A stretch of 64,000 bases of DNA, from the NCBI GenBank assembly GCA_050084985.1, contig JBITNC010000001.1:159774001-159838000 (forward strand), in the 5' to 3' direction. Position 1 is the first letter of the stretch. The number at the start of each line of letters is the position of its first letter. Below are positions 41,146 through 53,096 of the stretch, piece after piece. The translations under genes were made by a program, and so were the position numbers. This stretch comes from Nageia nagi. Lineage: Eukaryota > Plantae > Pinophyta. The notes under the pieces were generated by a model. It was not told the DNA's origin. It did not search any database and worked only from the letters and a program-made list of their open reading frames with translations.

Positions 41146-42054
41146 GGGAAACTTACCAAAATACCCCTATAAATTCATGAAATTACCAAAATACCTTTTA
41201 ATCTATAAAAATTATCAAAATACCCTTATAAATTCATAAAAGTACCAAAATTCCCTTCAATCTTATAAAATTACCAAAATACCCTTATAAGTTCATGAAA
41301 ATTACCAATATGCCCCTAAATTTTATGAATTAAAAAATGAAAAATATTTTAATACTCTTATGAAAAACAAAATAATGATTGCAATATTTCATTCTATTAT
41401 TTATTGTTTAGAAAATTGAATACTTTTAATTTATTGTAATAAAAATTCATTGCAAAATTCACATATTACATACCGATTGAATTTAAAAGAATTACATTTT
41501 TTTTAAAATATTTTATTTATTTATAATTTAAACAATAACTCTTCATTTTATTTCTATTTTATGATACACACGCACCCAACTCACAAACCAACATAGGGAT
41601 TGGAACATAGGACCCATCGATGACCGTTGCAGACATCCCAAGGCCCAATTCATATAAGAATTATATTTATTTCAATTTATATAAGAATATTTATTTATTT
41701 CATTTGAAAAATATTTTATAAATTTCTTGAATCATTTTAATAATTTTTTTTATGCATTCTGCCCACTATGATTTCATGTAGTTAAAAAACATTACTAAAA
41801 AATTACATTAAAAAAATTTAAACAAATTAAATGAAGTACTAAAGGCTTAAATAGTTTTTTTCGTTATTTTATTTTTTATAAGAGTAGTAATATATATATA
41901 TATATATATATATTTTAAAGGTATTTTGGTAATTTTAAATATTAAGGGCATTTTAGTAATTTCATGAACTTATAGAACTATTTTGGTAATTTTTAAATAT
42001 TAAAGGGTATTTTGATAATTTCATGAACTTACACGGGTATTTTGGTAAGTTTCC
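41146..42054. mobile_element. Non-autonomous Mutator-like (MULE/foldback) MITE
   Basis: TIRs GGGAAACTTACCAAAATACCC / GGGTATTTTGGTAAGTTTCC(C), built from about 29-bp subrepeats (41146-41330 and 41915-42054). 9-bp TSD TTTATTCTA at 41137-41145, with the second copy displaced by the LINE to 53374-53382. Confidence 0.85.
41891..41912. repeat. (TA)11 microsatellite inside the MITE
   Basis: Direct reading. Confidence 0.95.
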
Positions 42055-42223
42055 TTTATTGCATCCATGCTGAGAGCTAAGAGTCAAACCTTCTGCATGT
42101 TTATGAGTCTAGGGTTTTGGTTTCCCCGTCACACCGCTTTTTCTTTTAAAAAGATTTTACGAGATTTTAAGTTGATTTGACATCACTTATACGTCTACCT
42201 TGGGCAGTTCCCCCTTCTTTATT

Positions 42224-43484
42224 ATGGCTGCCACTCTTGCCAACTCTTCACTTGATGGTGAAGCAACTGGAGGGAGCAATGGCACTAAGGAAGCATCCTC
42301 CCAAGTTTTTTCTAGAAGTGGAACACAAGGTAAAGGCTCTGTTCCTCAAGCTTTTATTCTTGTAGAAGATTTTAGTGCTATTTGTCAATGGTTTGAATTG
42401 CATACCCTGGTGAGATATTTTCTAGGTAGGATCCCCAATGACTCCTTGTTGCATTTTTGGGTTAGCTAAGTTTAGACCCCTTACGGTATTAAGGTAGAAA
42501 ATGTCCAAAACCTCACCAAAGGTTACTTTCTATTTCATTTTTTTGACTTTGCACATGCACAAAAGGTTCTGAACAAAGAACCATGGAAGGTATGAAATTC
42601 CTTATTAATATTTCAAATTACCATAGAGACTTTACAGTTGATAGTGAGGCTACCACTGAAGTCCCATTTTGGGTTGAGTTTCCTAGGTTACCTATTCTGT
42701 GTCAGAAGTACTTGCATACCCTAGCTAAAACCTTAGGGTCTTTTGTTTGCTTTGAACTAAAAAGGTTCTTCTCGGCTCAACCCTCTTGGTGAGTTTGTGT
42801 GAAAGTTGACCTAACTAAGGATCTCCAAGAGTTTATTAATGTGCATATTGGAGAATTGATTCTTCATCAAAGGGTGGTCTATATCAACCTTCTGAACACT
42901 TGTTATCATTGTCAATCCTCTACTCACAAGATTTGGGTCTACCCACTTATGGTGGGAAGATTCAAAAAATGGACCTCGGCTGCACCCCCGATAGTTGCAA
43001 CCCCAGCTACTCCTTCTAGAGGTGGCAATAGTGAATGAAAAGTGGTTTCTTCTCGTTGAAATCATCCACCCCAATTCAAGAGCCAACCATTGCTCCCCAA
43101 CAACCTGTTCTAGTGGAAGAACCACCGACAACCCCTACATTTGTGGCAAATGTAGGTGTTTTTCAACCCCCTCTGGTTTTCCAATAAGCGGAGGTAGATA
43201 TTCCAGTTTCAATGATGTCTGAACCCTTTGGTTCCTCCATTTGGTCGGGGCCTTCGTTTTCCTCTATTATCTCGGCTCCTCCTCTAGCTTAGGGAATAGA
43301 AGAAAGCTTAAGCTTCAAGTCTTGTCGCTCTCACAACCCTCATAGAGAGGGCTTTGATGGCCATCCAGATAAGAGATGGTAAATGTTTGACACCCGTTGC
43401 CAGGTTGCTTTTTCTCAAGATGGTGTTAATGCTTTTGGGGCCCTAACTGATTTAAGGGATTCTAATGACAACATGGATCTTTAG
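42224..43484 (+). pseudogene. LINE ORF1 (DUF4283 plus CCHC knuckle), disrupted
   Basis: ORF pieces 42200-42469, 42583-42792 (VPFWVEFPRLP) and 42799-43038 (KVDLTKDL...CYHCQSSTH). In-frame stops. Confidence 0.8.
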
Positions 43485-43501
43485 GTCCATGATACCCCTT
43501 A

Positions 43502-45201
43502 ATGATTTTTTATTCTTGGAATGTCAAAGGACTAACAAAACTAGTTTGCAAATACACGATCTGTAGTAAGTTATCCAATGTTGCTCACTTGTATAGTAAT
43601 CTTGACTTTGTCTGTTTGCAAGATATTAAAGTTGTTAACTTCATTCTTCAGTGTACTTGTTCTTTTCTTTGGTTAAAGGGCCCTTTTTTCATACCAATCA
43701 TTCTCTTGGGAGTGGAGGTGTTGTCACTTTCATTTCTCCAAGATGGTGCTCGAATGTTGTTTCTTGGGAGGTGGACCCTTCCAACCAAATGGTTCGGGTC
43801 TTGCTGGACTTGCATGGCAAGCCTTTTGGCATTATCAATATTTATGCATCCAATGATATGCATGAGCAGTGTACTTTATGGAGGTTGCTTTCTTTGTCAC
43901 TCCCCTTTGCCACCTGGGTTCTCTATGGGGACTTCAATATGGTGGAAAATAGTTAGATAAGAAAAATCAATCCCCTTGGCAGTGGAGTGTGGGAGAAAGA
44001 GAGGCTTAGTTTTTCATGAAAAACAAACTATCTCTTTGATCCGAATTTTGGTTTCACCCTTGAAGCTTTTCTAGAAGCTCAGTGGTTTACTTGGTCCAAT
44101 CTTCAAATTGGGGATGCTCGAGTTCTTAAGAGGTTGGACCATGCCATGCTTTCAGAAAGTGACTCCTTTCATTTTACTCATGTTTCACCTTTGAATCCCT
44201 TTGTGATGGTTGTCCCTAATACCACCTTGTTTGATCATGTTCCTACCTTGTTTGACATTTCTCAAGATCACACTTCTTGTAGAATTTTCACTTTATGGTT
44301 CTATCTAAACGTTTCCTTTTTGCAAAGTGTCACATTTGGAATCTCATTCCCCAACCTTCTGGGACTTCAAGGTGCATTCAATAGTAGAAAGATGCCATTA
44401 CCAAGACCACTTCTACTCTTCACACCCTTGGTGTTGGGTTCGCTAAGAGGAAAAGGAAAGGTAACATTGCTCTTCGAGTAGAACTTGCATGAGCCACCCT
44501 TAGACTAGAGGCTAGTCATTTTAGTCAACCTGCTCAAGCTTATGTTGTTGCTTTACGTCATGAAATTAGAAAACATGAGTTGTATGAAGCCAAAGGAGCC
44601 CAATTGCTAGCTAAAATGAATTGGCTCAAAGTGAGCAATAGAGTCTCCAAAGAATTTTTTGAACGCCTTCACCCTCCTATTCATGCCACTCAATTTCATG
44701 CTATTCAAGCAAAAAGGGTTTGTTTCACCTCCCTTCTTGATATTATTAACACTTTTGTGGCCCATTACCAGCAAACTTTTTATGTTCAACCTCTTACTAA
44801 TGCTCAACAAAAAGCCATTAAGAAGTGCTACTTTGTCATACCTTTGAAACTTTTTGAAGCTCAGAGGGATATTTGTGATTGTCCTCTTTCTCTTCAGGAT
44901 CTTAAGACTGCTCTTTCCCACATGGCTAATGAGAAAGCTTCTAGAATTGATGGATTTTCCTATGAGTTTTACCAAGAATTTTGAGATTTGGTTGGCTTTG
45001 ATCTCCTTTGAGTGTACAAGGATGCTATGGTTGTTGACTCTTTAGGCCAGTTAATCAATAAAAACAATATCAAGTTTATTCCCAAGCAAGGAGACCCTGA
45101 TATCATTACCAACTAGAGGCTTATAACTTTATTAAATGTGAGCTATAAAATTATTGCCAAAGCTTTAGCTTTTAAGCTTAGATTGTTGCTTACTTTGATT
45201 G
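43502..45201 (+). pseudogene. LINE ORF2 5' part (APE endonuclease plus start of RT), disrupted
   Basis: MIFYSWNVKGL, VCLQD, NIYASN, GDFNMV, KRLD, DH, KASRIDGFSYEFY and ITLLNVSYKIIAKALA. Confidence 0.9.
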
Positions 45202-45836
45202 TGTTAGAAAAATGGAGACTAAGACAGAACCAGCCAGACAGAACAGGCCAACCGGCCAACCGGCTAAGATGCCAGTAAATCTGAAGGATAGTTTTGTTTA
45301 TAAAGCCAACCGGTCTGCAGGGCAGTTTCTTTCTCATTTCAAACCAATTTTCAGTTGCCAAGGAGCCATGACACCTGTTCAGCAGTTGTAGAAGGGTTGG
45401 GGGTTACCTAACGACCTTCCTGATCCAACTTGGGTTTAAGTTGGGTTAGTTTGTACCTATAAATAAGAGGCTTGAGTTGAGGCATGTATGTAGTTGGAAT
45501 ATGTGTGTATGACTGTAATTTGACAGCATTTGTGAGGTTGATTGTAATTGTTGAGAGAGAGATTGTAGTGAGGCTTTGTTGTAACTCCAAAGTAAAGGTT
45601 GTAGCAAGGTTATGCTGCTGGTGTATTGCTTGGAGGACTTGAATGCAAAAGAGTTGAAAGCTTCTCCGTGGATGTAGCCTACACTGGGTGAACCACGTTA
45701 TCTCTTATGTCTCTCTTGTGTGATTGATGTTTATGGATGTTTATTTTCAGTAGTATGCTTAATGTTGTTTCTTCTTTGCCAAAGACAATCTAAATTGTGA
45801 ATGCTCTTGGTTATATGAACTCTTTAAATCCTAATA
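45202..45836 (+). repeat. 5' LTR
   Basis: TGTTAG...CTAATA (terminal CA mutated to TA). TATAAATA at about 45458. Six transitions versus the 3' LTR by eye. Confidence 0.97.
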
Positions 45837-45838
45837 AT

Positions 45839-45851
45839 TGGTATCAGAGCC
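45839..45851 (+). promoter_or_regulatory. Primer-binding site, tRNA-iMet
   Basis: TGGTATCAGAGCC, 2 nt after the 5' LTR. Confidence 0.95.
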
Positions 45852-45916
45852 ACGTTGTTGTGTTGGGATTTTGTTGGTGAATCTTGTGTGTAGATTGGAA
45901 ATCAAGGAAGAGCACT

Positions 45917-48900
45917 ATGGCAGAAGAAGGGAGGCTGAAGGTGGAAAGGTTTAATGGGCAAGGATTTCAGTTTTGGAAAATGCAAATGGAAGACTACCTC
46001 TACCAAAAGGATCTCTATCTACCTCTAGAAGAGAAGAGTAAGAAACTTACTTCTATGAGTGATGAAGAGTGGAATCTCTTGGATAGAAAGGCTTTGGGTG
46101 CTGTAAAGACTTTGTTTAAGTTCTAGTGTAGCTTTCAATATTTCCAATGAAAAGACCACTAAAGGTGTAATGGATAAGCTTGCTAAATTGTATGAAAAAC
46201 CATCTGCCTCTAACAAAGTATACTTAATGAAAAAATTGTTTAACATGAAGATGAATGAAGGTAGTTCAGTTCAGGACCATGTTAATGAGTTCAATACAAT
46301 CACAAATCAATTGACTTCAGTAAGTTTAGAATTTGAAGATGAAGTAAGGGCCTTGTTAATTCTGTGTTCACTTCCGGATAGTTGGAATAGCTTTGTTATG
46401 GCTGTTAGCAATTCTTCTTCTAATGCAAAATTGGTCTTTGATGAAGTTGTTGGAACAATTCTTAGTGAGGACATGAGGAGAAAGTCCACGGGAGAATGCT
46501 CCAATGCTGCTCTCACAGTAGAGGCAAGAGGAAGACCAAAGGAAAAAAGGAGAAGCAAGTCAAGAAGCAAATCACAAGGAAGGTCGAAATCACAAGGTAA
46601 AACAAAATTGGAATGTTGGTATTGTGGTAAAAAGGGTCACATTAAAAAGGATTGTTGGAATAGAAAAGGTAAAGAATGTGATAGTAGTAATAATGAAAGC
46701 ACAAGTAATCAAGAGGTTAATATGGTTGGTGAATTAATCCAAGATGCTTTAATCATGTCTAACGAAAAGAACAATGATTATTGGGTTCTTGATTCGGGTG
46801 CTTCATATCATGCTACTCCACATAAGGACTTCTTTTCTAATTTTACACATGGTGATTTTGGTCAAGTGTTATTAGGTAATGAACATCCATGTAAAATTGT
46901 TAGTATGGGCAATATAACAATGAAATTACCTAATGGAACACAATGGACTCTTAATGAAGCAAGACACATTCCGGATCTTAAAAGGAATCTCATATCAATA
47001 AGTAAATTGGATAAGGAGGGCTATGTGATGACATTCGGGGATGGTAATTGGAAAGTTTCTAAAGGTTCAATGGTATTTGCAAAGGGAAATTTGGTGGGGT
47101 CTCTTTATTTACTCACAAATGTCTTTGATTATTCATTGAATCTTGTTTCCTTTGGTAATGATACATCACTATGGCATAATAGACTTGGACATATGAGTGA
47201 AAAAGGAATGAAAATGTTACACACTAATGGTTCACTTCCAAATCTAAAAGAAATTGATTTAGGATTTTGTGAAGATTGTGTGTATGGTAAACAAAAGAAA
47301 GTTAGATTTCTTAAAGTTGGCAATGAAAGGAAGAGTCACAAATTAGAGCTTGTTCATACAGATGTGTGGGGTCCTGCACAGGTTTGCTCACTTGGGGGCT
47401 CATCTTATTTTGTCACTTTTATTGATGATTGTACCAGGAAGACATGGGTATACTGTATTAAAAAGAAATCTGATGTGTTTGAAATTTTTAAGAGGTGGAA
47501 GGCATTGGTTGAGAATGAAACTAATTCTAAGTTAAAATGTCTTAAGTCAGATAATGGTGGAGAATTTTGCAATAATGAGTTTGATTCATTTTGTTCACAC
47601 AATGGCATTAGAAGGATTAAGGTGGTTCCTAGAACTCCACAGGAAAATGGGGTTGCAGAGAGAATGAATAGGACTATCTTGGAAAGGGCTAGAAGTATGA
47701 GGATACATGCTGGGTTTCCTTTAAATCTTTGGGCTGATGCTATTGACACTGCTGTTTACTTGATTAACAGGGGTCCATCTATGGCTTTAGATGGAGGCAT
47801 TCCAGAGGAGATGTGGACAGATAAAAAGTTGAATTACTCATTCTTGAGAGTCTTTGGTTGTGAGGCTTTTGCACATGTTGATAAGGAGAATAGAAATAAA
47901 CTTGATGCAAAATCACAAAAATGTTATCTTATTGGATATGGTGTTAATGATTTTGGATATAGGTTATGGGATGTTGATAACCATAAAATCATTAGAAGTA
48001 GAGATGTTGTATTCAATGAGAATAACATGTATAAAGATAGGTTGCAAAAGGTTGAGGAACCCAAGAGTGTATCTCTAGAAGATGTTGATCAATATAAGGG
48101 TCCTGATAATGTTGAAGCACCTCCACCACAAACACCTCAAACTTTGCCGCTTAGAAGATCCACAAGGATTAGAAATCCTCCTGAACGATATTCTCCTACT
48201 CTTTATCATATTTTGTATACTGATGGTGGCGAACCTGAATGTTTTGATGAAGCTATGCAGGGTGGTACACAGATTAAGTGGGAGCATGCTATGAAGGAGG
48301 AGATGGACTCCTTACTTAAGAATCAGACTTGGAGTTTGGTTGAGCTTCCAGAGGGTAAGAGGGCTCTTACTAACAAATGGGTGTACAGGATAAAGGAGGA
48401 TGCAGATGGGCGATAAAGGTACAAGGCGAGACTTGTGGTAAAAGGTTTCGAACAGAAAAAAGGTATTGATTATGATGAGATCTTTTCTCCAGTTGTTAAA
48501 ATGACCTCGATTAGAGCAATATTGAGTCTTGTTGCTATTGAAAATTTGTTTCTTGAACAACTAGATGTAAAGACAGCTTTCCTTCATGGGGATTTGGAGG
48601 AGGATATTTATATGCATCAACCCGAAGGTTTTGAGGTCAAAGGTAAAGAAGGGTATGTATGTAAATTGGAAAAGAGTTTGTATGGCTTAAAACAAGCACC
48701 CAGGCAATGCTATCATAAGTTTGACACTTTCATGGTAACAAATGAATTTGTAAGATGTCAATCTGATCATTGTGTGTATATAAAAAGAACAACAAATGAC
48801 AACTATGTAATCTTGCCTTTATATGTGGATGACATGTTGATAGCAGGACCTAGTATGCAGGATATTGTTGATCTTAAGGAAAAGTTGGCTAAAACTTTTG

Positions 48901-49783
48901 AAATGAAAGATTTGGGTGAAGCTAATCAAATTCTTGGAATGAAAATAACAAGAGATAAACAAAACCACTCACTAAGACTAAGTCAAGAAGACTATATTGA
49001 AAAGGTTCTTAAACGGTTCAATATGAATAATGCAAAATCTGTAACTTTACCATTGGCAAACATTTTAAACTCACCAAACATTTATGTCCTAAGACAGATA
49101 AGGAAAAGGAGTACATGACTAAGGTTCCTTATGCTTCAGCGGTTGGGAGTTTAATGTATGCAATGGTATGTACTAGACCAGATATAGCACAAGCAGTGGG
49201 AGTGGTTAGTAGATTTATGAATAATCCAGGAAAAGGGCATTGGGAAGCAGTTAAATGGATCCTTAGGTATTTAAGGGGTACTTCTCATTACTCTTTATGT
49301 TTTGGTGGATCTAACTCTTGTTTGCAAGGATATGTTGATTCTGACATGGCAGGTGATATAGATGGTGGGAGAAGCACTACAGGTTATGTGTTTACCATTG
49401 GAGGTACAGCGGTTAGTTGGATTTCAAAACTCCAACAGGTTGTGGCTCTCTCCACTACTGAGGTAGAGTACGTGGCGATGACAGAGGTGAGTAAAGAATT
49501 GATTTGGTTGAAGAGGTTGATGGAGGAACTGGGAAAGGTGCAGGAGGATGCGAAGTTATGGAGCGATAGCCAGAGTGCTATCCATCTTGCAAAGAACTCA
49601 GCCTACCATTCGAGAACCAAACACATCAAATTGAGGTACCACTTCATCAGGGCAGCGTTGGAGGATGGTTCAGTCAGTTTGGGGAAGATTCACACGTCAC
49701 AAAATCTTGCGGACATGTTCACGAAAGTTGTTACAAAGGAGAAGTTGGGCTCTTGCTCAACTTGGATTGGTCTTAAGGAGTAA
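45917..49783 (+). pseudogene. Copia gag-pol polyprotein with three lesions
   Basis: CWYCGKKGHIKKDC knuckle, WVLDSGAS protease, WHNRLGH and SDNGGEF integrase, YVDD RT and GYVDSD RNase H. Frameshift at about 46106, stop at 48414-48416, frameshift at about 49060. Confidence 0.95.
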
Positions 49784-49832
49784 AGGCCAAGATGAGGAGC
49801 TTTTGACCCTTGTTGCAGAGGAAGAAGTCTCC

Positions 49833-49843
49833 AAGTGGGAGAT
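49833..49843 (+). promoter_or_regulatory. Polypurine tract
   Basis: AAGTGGGAGAT directly before the 3' LTR TG. Confidence 0.9.
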
Positions 49844-50478
49844 TGTTAGAAAAATGGAGACTAAGACAGAACCAACCAGACAGAACAGGCCAGCCGGCCA
49901 ACCGGCTAAGATGCCAGTAAATCTGAAGGATAGTTTTGTTTATAAAGCCAACCGGTCTGCAGGGCAGTTTCTTTCTCATTTCAAACCAATTTTCAGTTGC
50001 CAAGGAGCCATGACACCTGTTCAGCAGTTGTAGAAGGGTTGGGGGTTACCTAACGACCTTCCTGATCCAACTTGGGTTTAAGTTGGGTTAGTTTGTACCT
50101 ATAAATAAGAGGCTTGAGTTGAGGCATGCATGTGGTTGGAATATGTGTGTATGACTGTAATTTGACAGCATTTGTGAGGTTGATTGTAATTGTTGAGAGA
50201 GAGATTGTAGTGAGGCTTTGTTGTAACTCCAAAGTGAAGGTTGTAGCAAGGTTATGCTGCTGGTGTATTGCTTGGAGGACTTGAATGCAAAAGAGTTGAA
50301 AGCTTCTCCGTGGATGTAGCCTACACTGGGTGAACCACGTTATCTCTTATGTCTCTCTTGTGTGATTGATGTTTATGGATGTTTATTTTCAGTAGTATGC
50401 TTAATGTTGTTTCTTCTTTGCCAAAGACAATCTAAATTGTGAATGCTCTTGGTTATATGAACTCTTTAAATCCTAACA
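49844..50478 (+). repeat. 3' LTR
   Basis: TGTTAG...CTAACA, 635 bp. Confidence 0.97.
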
Positions 50479-50483
50479 GATTG

Positions 50484-53096
50484 TTCGACCAAAGGAAACA
50501 AGTTTTGTAAAGGGCCACTATATCTTAGATAATGTTATTGCTATATGGGAAGGCATGGAATGGACAAGGGTCTTTGATCAAGAAGCTCTGTTTATTAAAA
50601 TTGATTTTGAAAAAGCCTATGATAAGATTGAATGACACTTTATCTTATCCATGCTCCAAGCACTTGCGTTTGTCCTTGTTTTTCTTCAATCGATTTGAAT
50701 GTTGTTTCGAGATGCCCCTATTGTTCTTACTATGAATGGTGTTTGGTCGCCTCCCATTACCCTTGCCCGCTCTGTCCATCAAGACTGCCCTTTAGTCCCT
50801 TCCCTATTTATTTTAGTTGATGAGGCTTTCGGTTATCTTTTGGCACAAACTTGAGTAGGGTGTGATTCGGAGAATTCCTTTGCCTAACTTCCCCTTGTAG
50901 CTCATTTATGGCCATTTTGTTGATGACTCTTTTTTAACTCTTCTTCAAGATGAGCAATCTGTTTGATCAGCTTTAGAGTGTTTGAATATTTTTTTGTTGT
51001 GCCTTTAGCTCCAATATTCAATGGCAAAAAACTTCCTGCTTCAAATAGGTGTCAACACCTATGCCTAAGTGGCTTAGCCTCTTTCCCTAGAAATAAATTC
51101 AGCTTGGTGAGGTGTTTAACTTTCTTGGTATTCCCTTTGCCTTTCAAGCTTCCCCTGCTCAACTTTGGAACTTTGTTATTCAGAAGATTGATAAGAAGCT
51201 CAGGTATTGGACTACCAAAAAGCTCTCTCTTGCAAGGAGGTACCAAATTTGCACGAAGATCTTAGCTTCTCCTCGTGCATTATTCCTCTTGTTGGGTTCC
51301 TTCTAAGGCGTGCTATCAGAATTTGGATAAGCTTCTTAAAATTTTTATTTGGGCTTCTGATAGCCAATAAAGAGGTTTTCACAGAGTGGCATGGGATATT
51401 TGCTTCCTTCCTCGTGCTGCTGGTGAAATGGGCATTTTTGATTGTCAGAATCAAGGTTTTGCTTTGTGTGTCAAATGAATAATTAGAGCTTTAGAGGGTG
51501 ATGAAGCCTGAAAGATTCTCATTTGGCATTGTGTATCTATATGCCTCCCATATTGTAGGAAATCTTGGAAAGGGTTAGACCTTCAAACGATTCTCACTGC
51601 TCAAGTTCCTATCAAGATTGTTGGTTATTTTGTTGCAAAAAGTATCTGGAAAGTCTAGGAAGCCCTCAAACCATGGCTACAGTGGAATGGGAAGCAAGTT
51701 TCATCAGGGGCCTCTCTATATTCACTGAATGTTTAGTGGTCTCATGTTCTCAAATTTGATGGATTACCTTTGGCAAATATTTAGTGGGTCAAAGCCCTTC
51801 GCTTTCATAGTCAGGGAGTTGACTCTCTTCAACAATTTTTTGATTTTCAGACCAAGCATTGGTTGCCTTGGGAGCAATTTTGCAACAAGTTCAATTTGCG
51901 AACAAATGATAAAGCTACTTTTGATGTCATCCTTGACAAAATCCTATTTTCCGTTTGGACGAAACTAGGGCGACATTTTTAGAAGCTTTGGTGGGATGAT
52001 TGGCGCTAGCCTAAGAATATCCATCTTCAAAAGTTTAAACCAAAATTAGGCTATCTTTGGTTATCTCCTAATGTCCCTATGTTTGAGCATCTGAACAATT
52101 GATGGGACATTTCCACTCAATCTAGATGGAGTTTAAGATTTTCTATAATTTGGGCCTGATTCCTTGACCCTAAACAAAGTTTTTTTGCATAGAATCTATT
52201 GCATCAAAGATTACCTATTGGCCACAAGCTTCAATATTTGGGGGTGGCCAACTCAGTCTATGCTTTTTGTAGGAAACTTGATAGTTTCAATTATGTCTTG
52301 TGGTCTTGTTCTAAAGCCTCAACCACTTGGAGTTGGATTATTTCCTTCTTTCAACCTTTTATAGTTACTCCTTGTTCTTGGATTCGTGTGTTATTAGGAG
52401 ACCCTATTTAGTTTTATAAACCCTTGGAGAAAATTTGGCATATATTTCAACTCAGTATTTTATATCATCTTTGGAAAGTCAGAAATGACATTGTTTTTAC
52501 TTGTCAGGAAGCTTTCTTTTCCTTTTCTTTAGGTGACAAATATGCTATTTTCTACAAATGTTGGCTGCAGATTATTGTTCAAGTTGAGAAAGTGAACGTG
52601 GAGGTCCAACATCTGCAGAGCTTACTTGATTACTGGGGGAATGCACCCTGCTCCATTAGTCGGGTTTCTCTAGAATGAGTTCCTAGTCGTCGTTCCCAAT
52701 CGTGTGGACATTCTTCTCAATCCAAACACTTCTCTGGTGGACGAAATTCTGCTAGACCCTCACAGAGACATCACTGGTCGCAACCCCCCCCCCCAAAATC
52801 CAAATCGGAGTCAACTGTTGGACCCAATTTCTCCTTGCTCTCAGAGTGGCTGGGATGTTTGCTCTCCACCTTCTGATCCAATTGGTTGGGGTGACGTGGG
52901 AATGTCTTCCACAACTGGGAAGGGTGGTGTTAATGTGCATGTTACTGAAGTAGAGCATATTGTTCCTGAGGCAAAGCATAATGAAGCTTTTACTACTCCA
53001 GATGATGATGGCTGGCGTGCACCAAGTCTTGACGGCCATGGTTGGGAGCATCTAGGCGTTGTAGACAACTTTTGCCCACCCCAATCCCTCAATTAA
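50484..53096 (+). pseudogene. LINE ORF2 3' part (RT, zf-RVT, GW-rich C-terminal extension), disrupted
   Basis: Frame continues across the copia: LI|VRPKETSFVKGHYILDNV..KIDFEKAYD, then QDCPL, HFVDDS, FLGIPF, zf-RVT-like RLPIGHKL..FC..SFNYVLWSC and LWKVRN. A low-complexity tail ends at stop 53094-53096. Confidence 0.88.

Larger units (their letters stand above)
45202..50478 (+). mobile_element. Full-length young Ty1/copia LTR retrotransposon (Tnt1/Tork-like), 5277 bp
   Basis: Two 635-bp LTRs, PBS, PPT and exact 5-bp TSD GATTG (45197-45201 and 50479-50483). Domain order gag-PR-IN-RT-RH. Confidence 0.97.

Noticed and set aside
41146-41330. About 29-bp periodic repeats superficially like a CRISPR array
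   Set aside because: Eukaryotic context, no unique spacers, and mirrored at 41915-42054. They are TIR subrepeats.
45143-45590. Duplicated minus-strand ORFs (also 49773-50232)
   Set aside because: They are repeated only because they lie in the two LTRs. No coding evidence.
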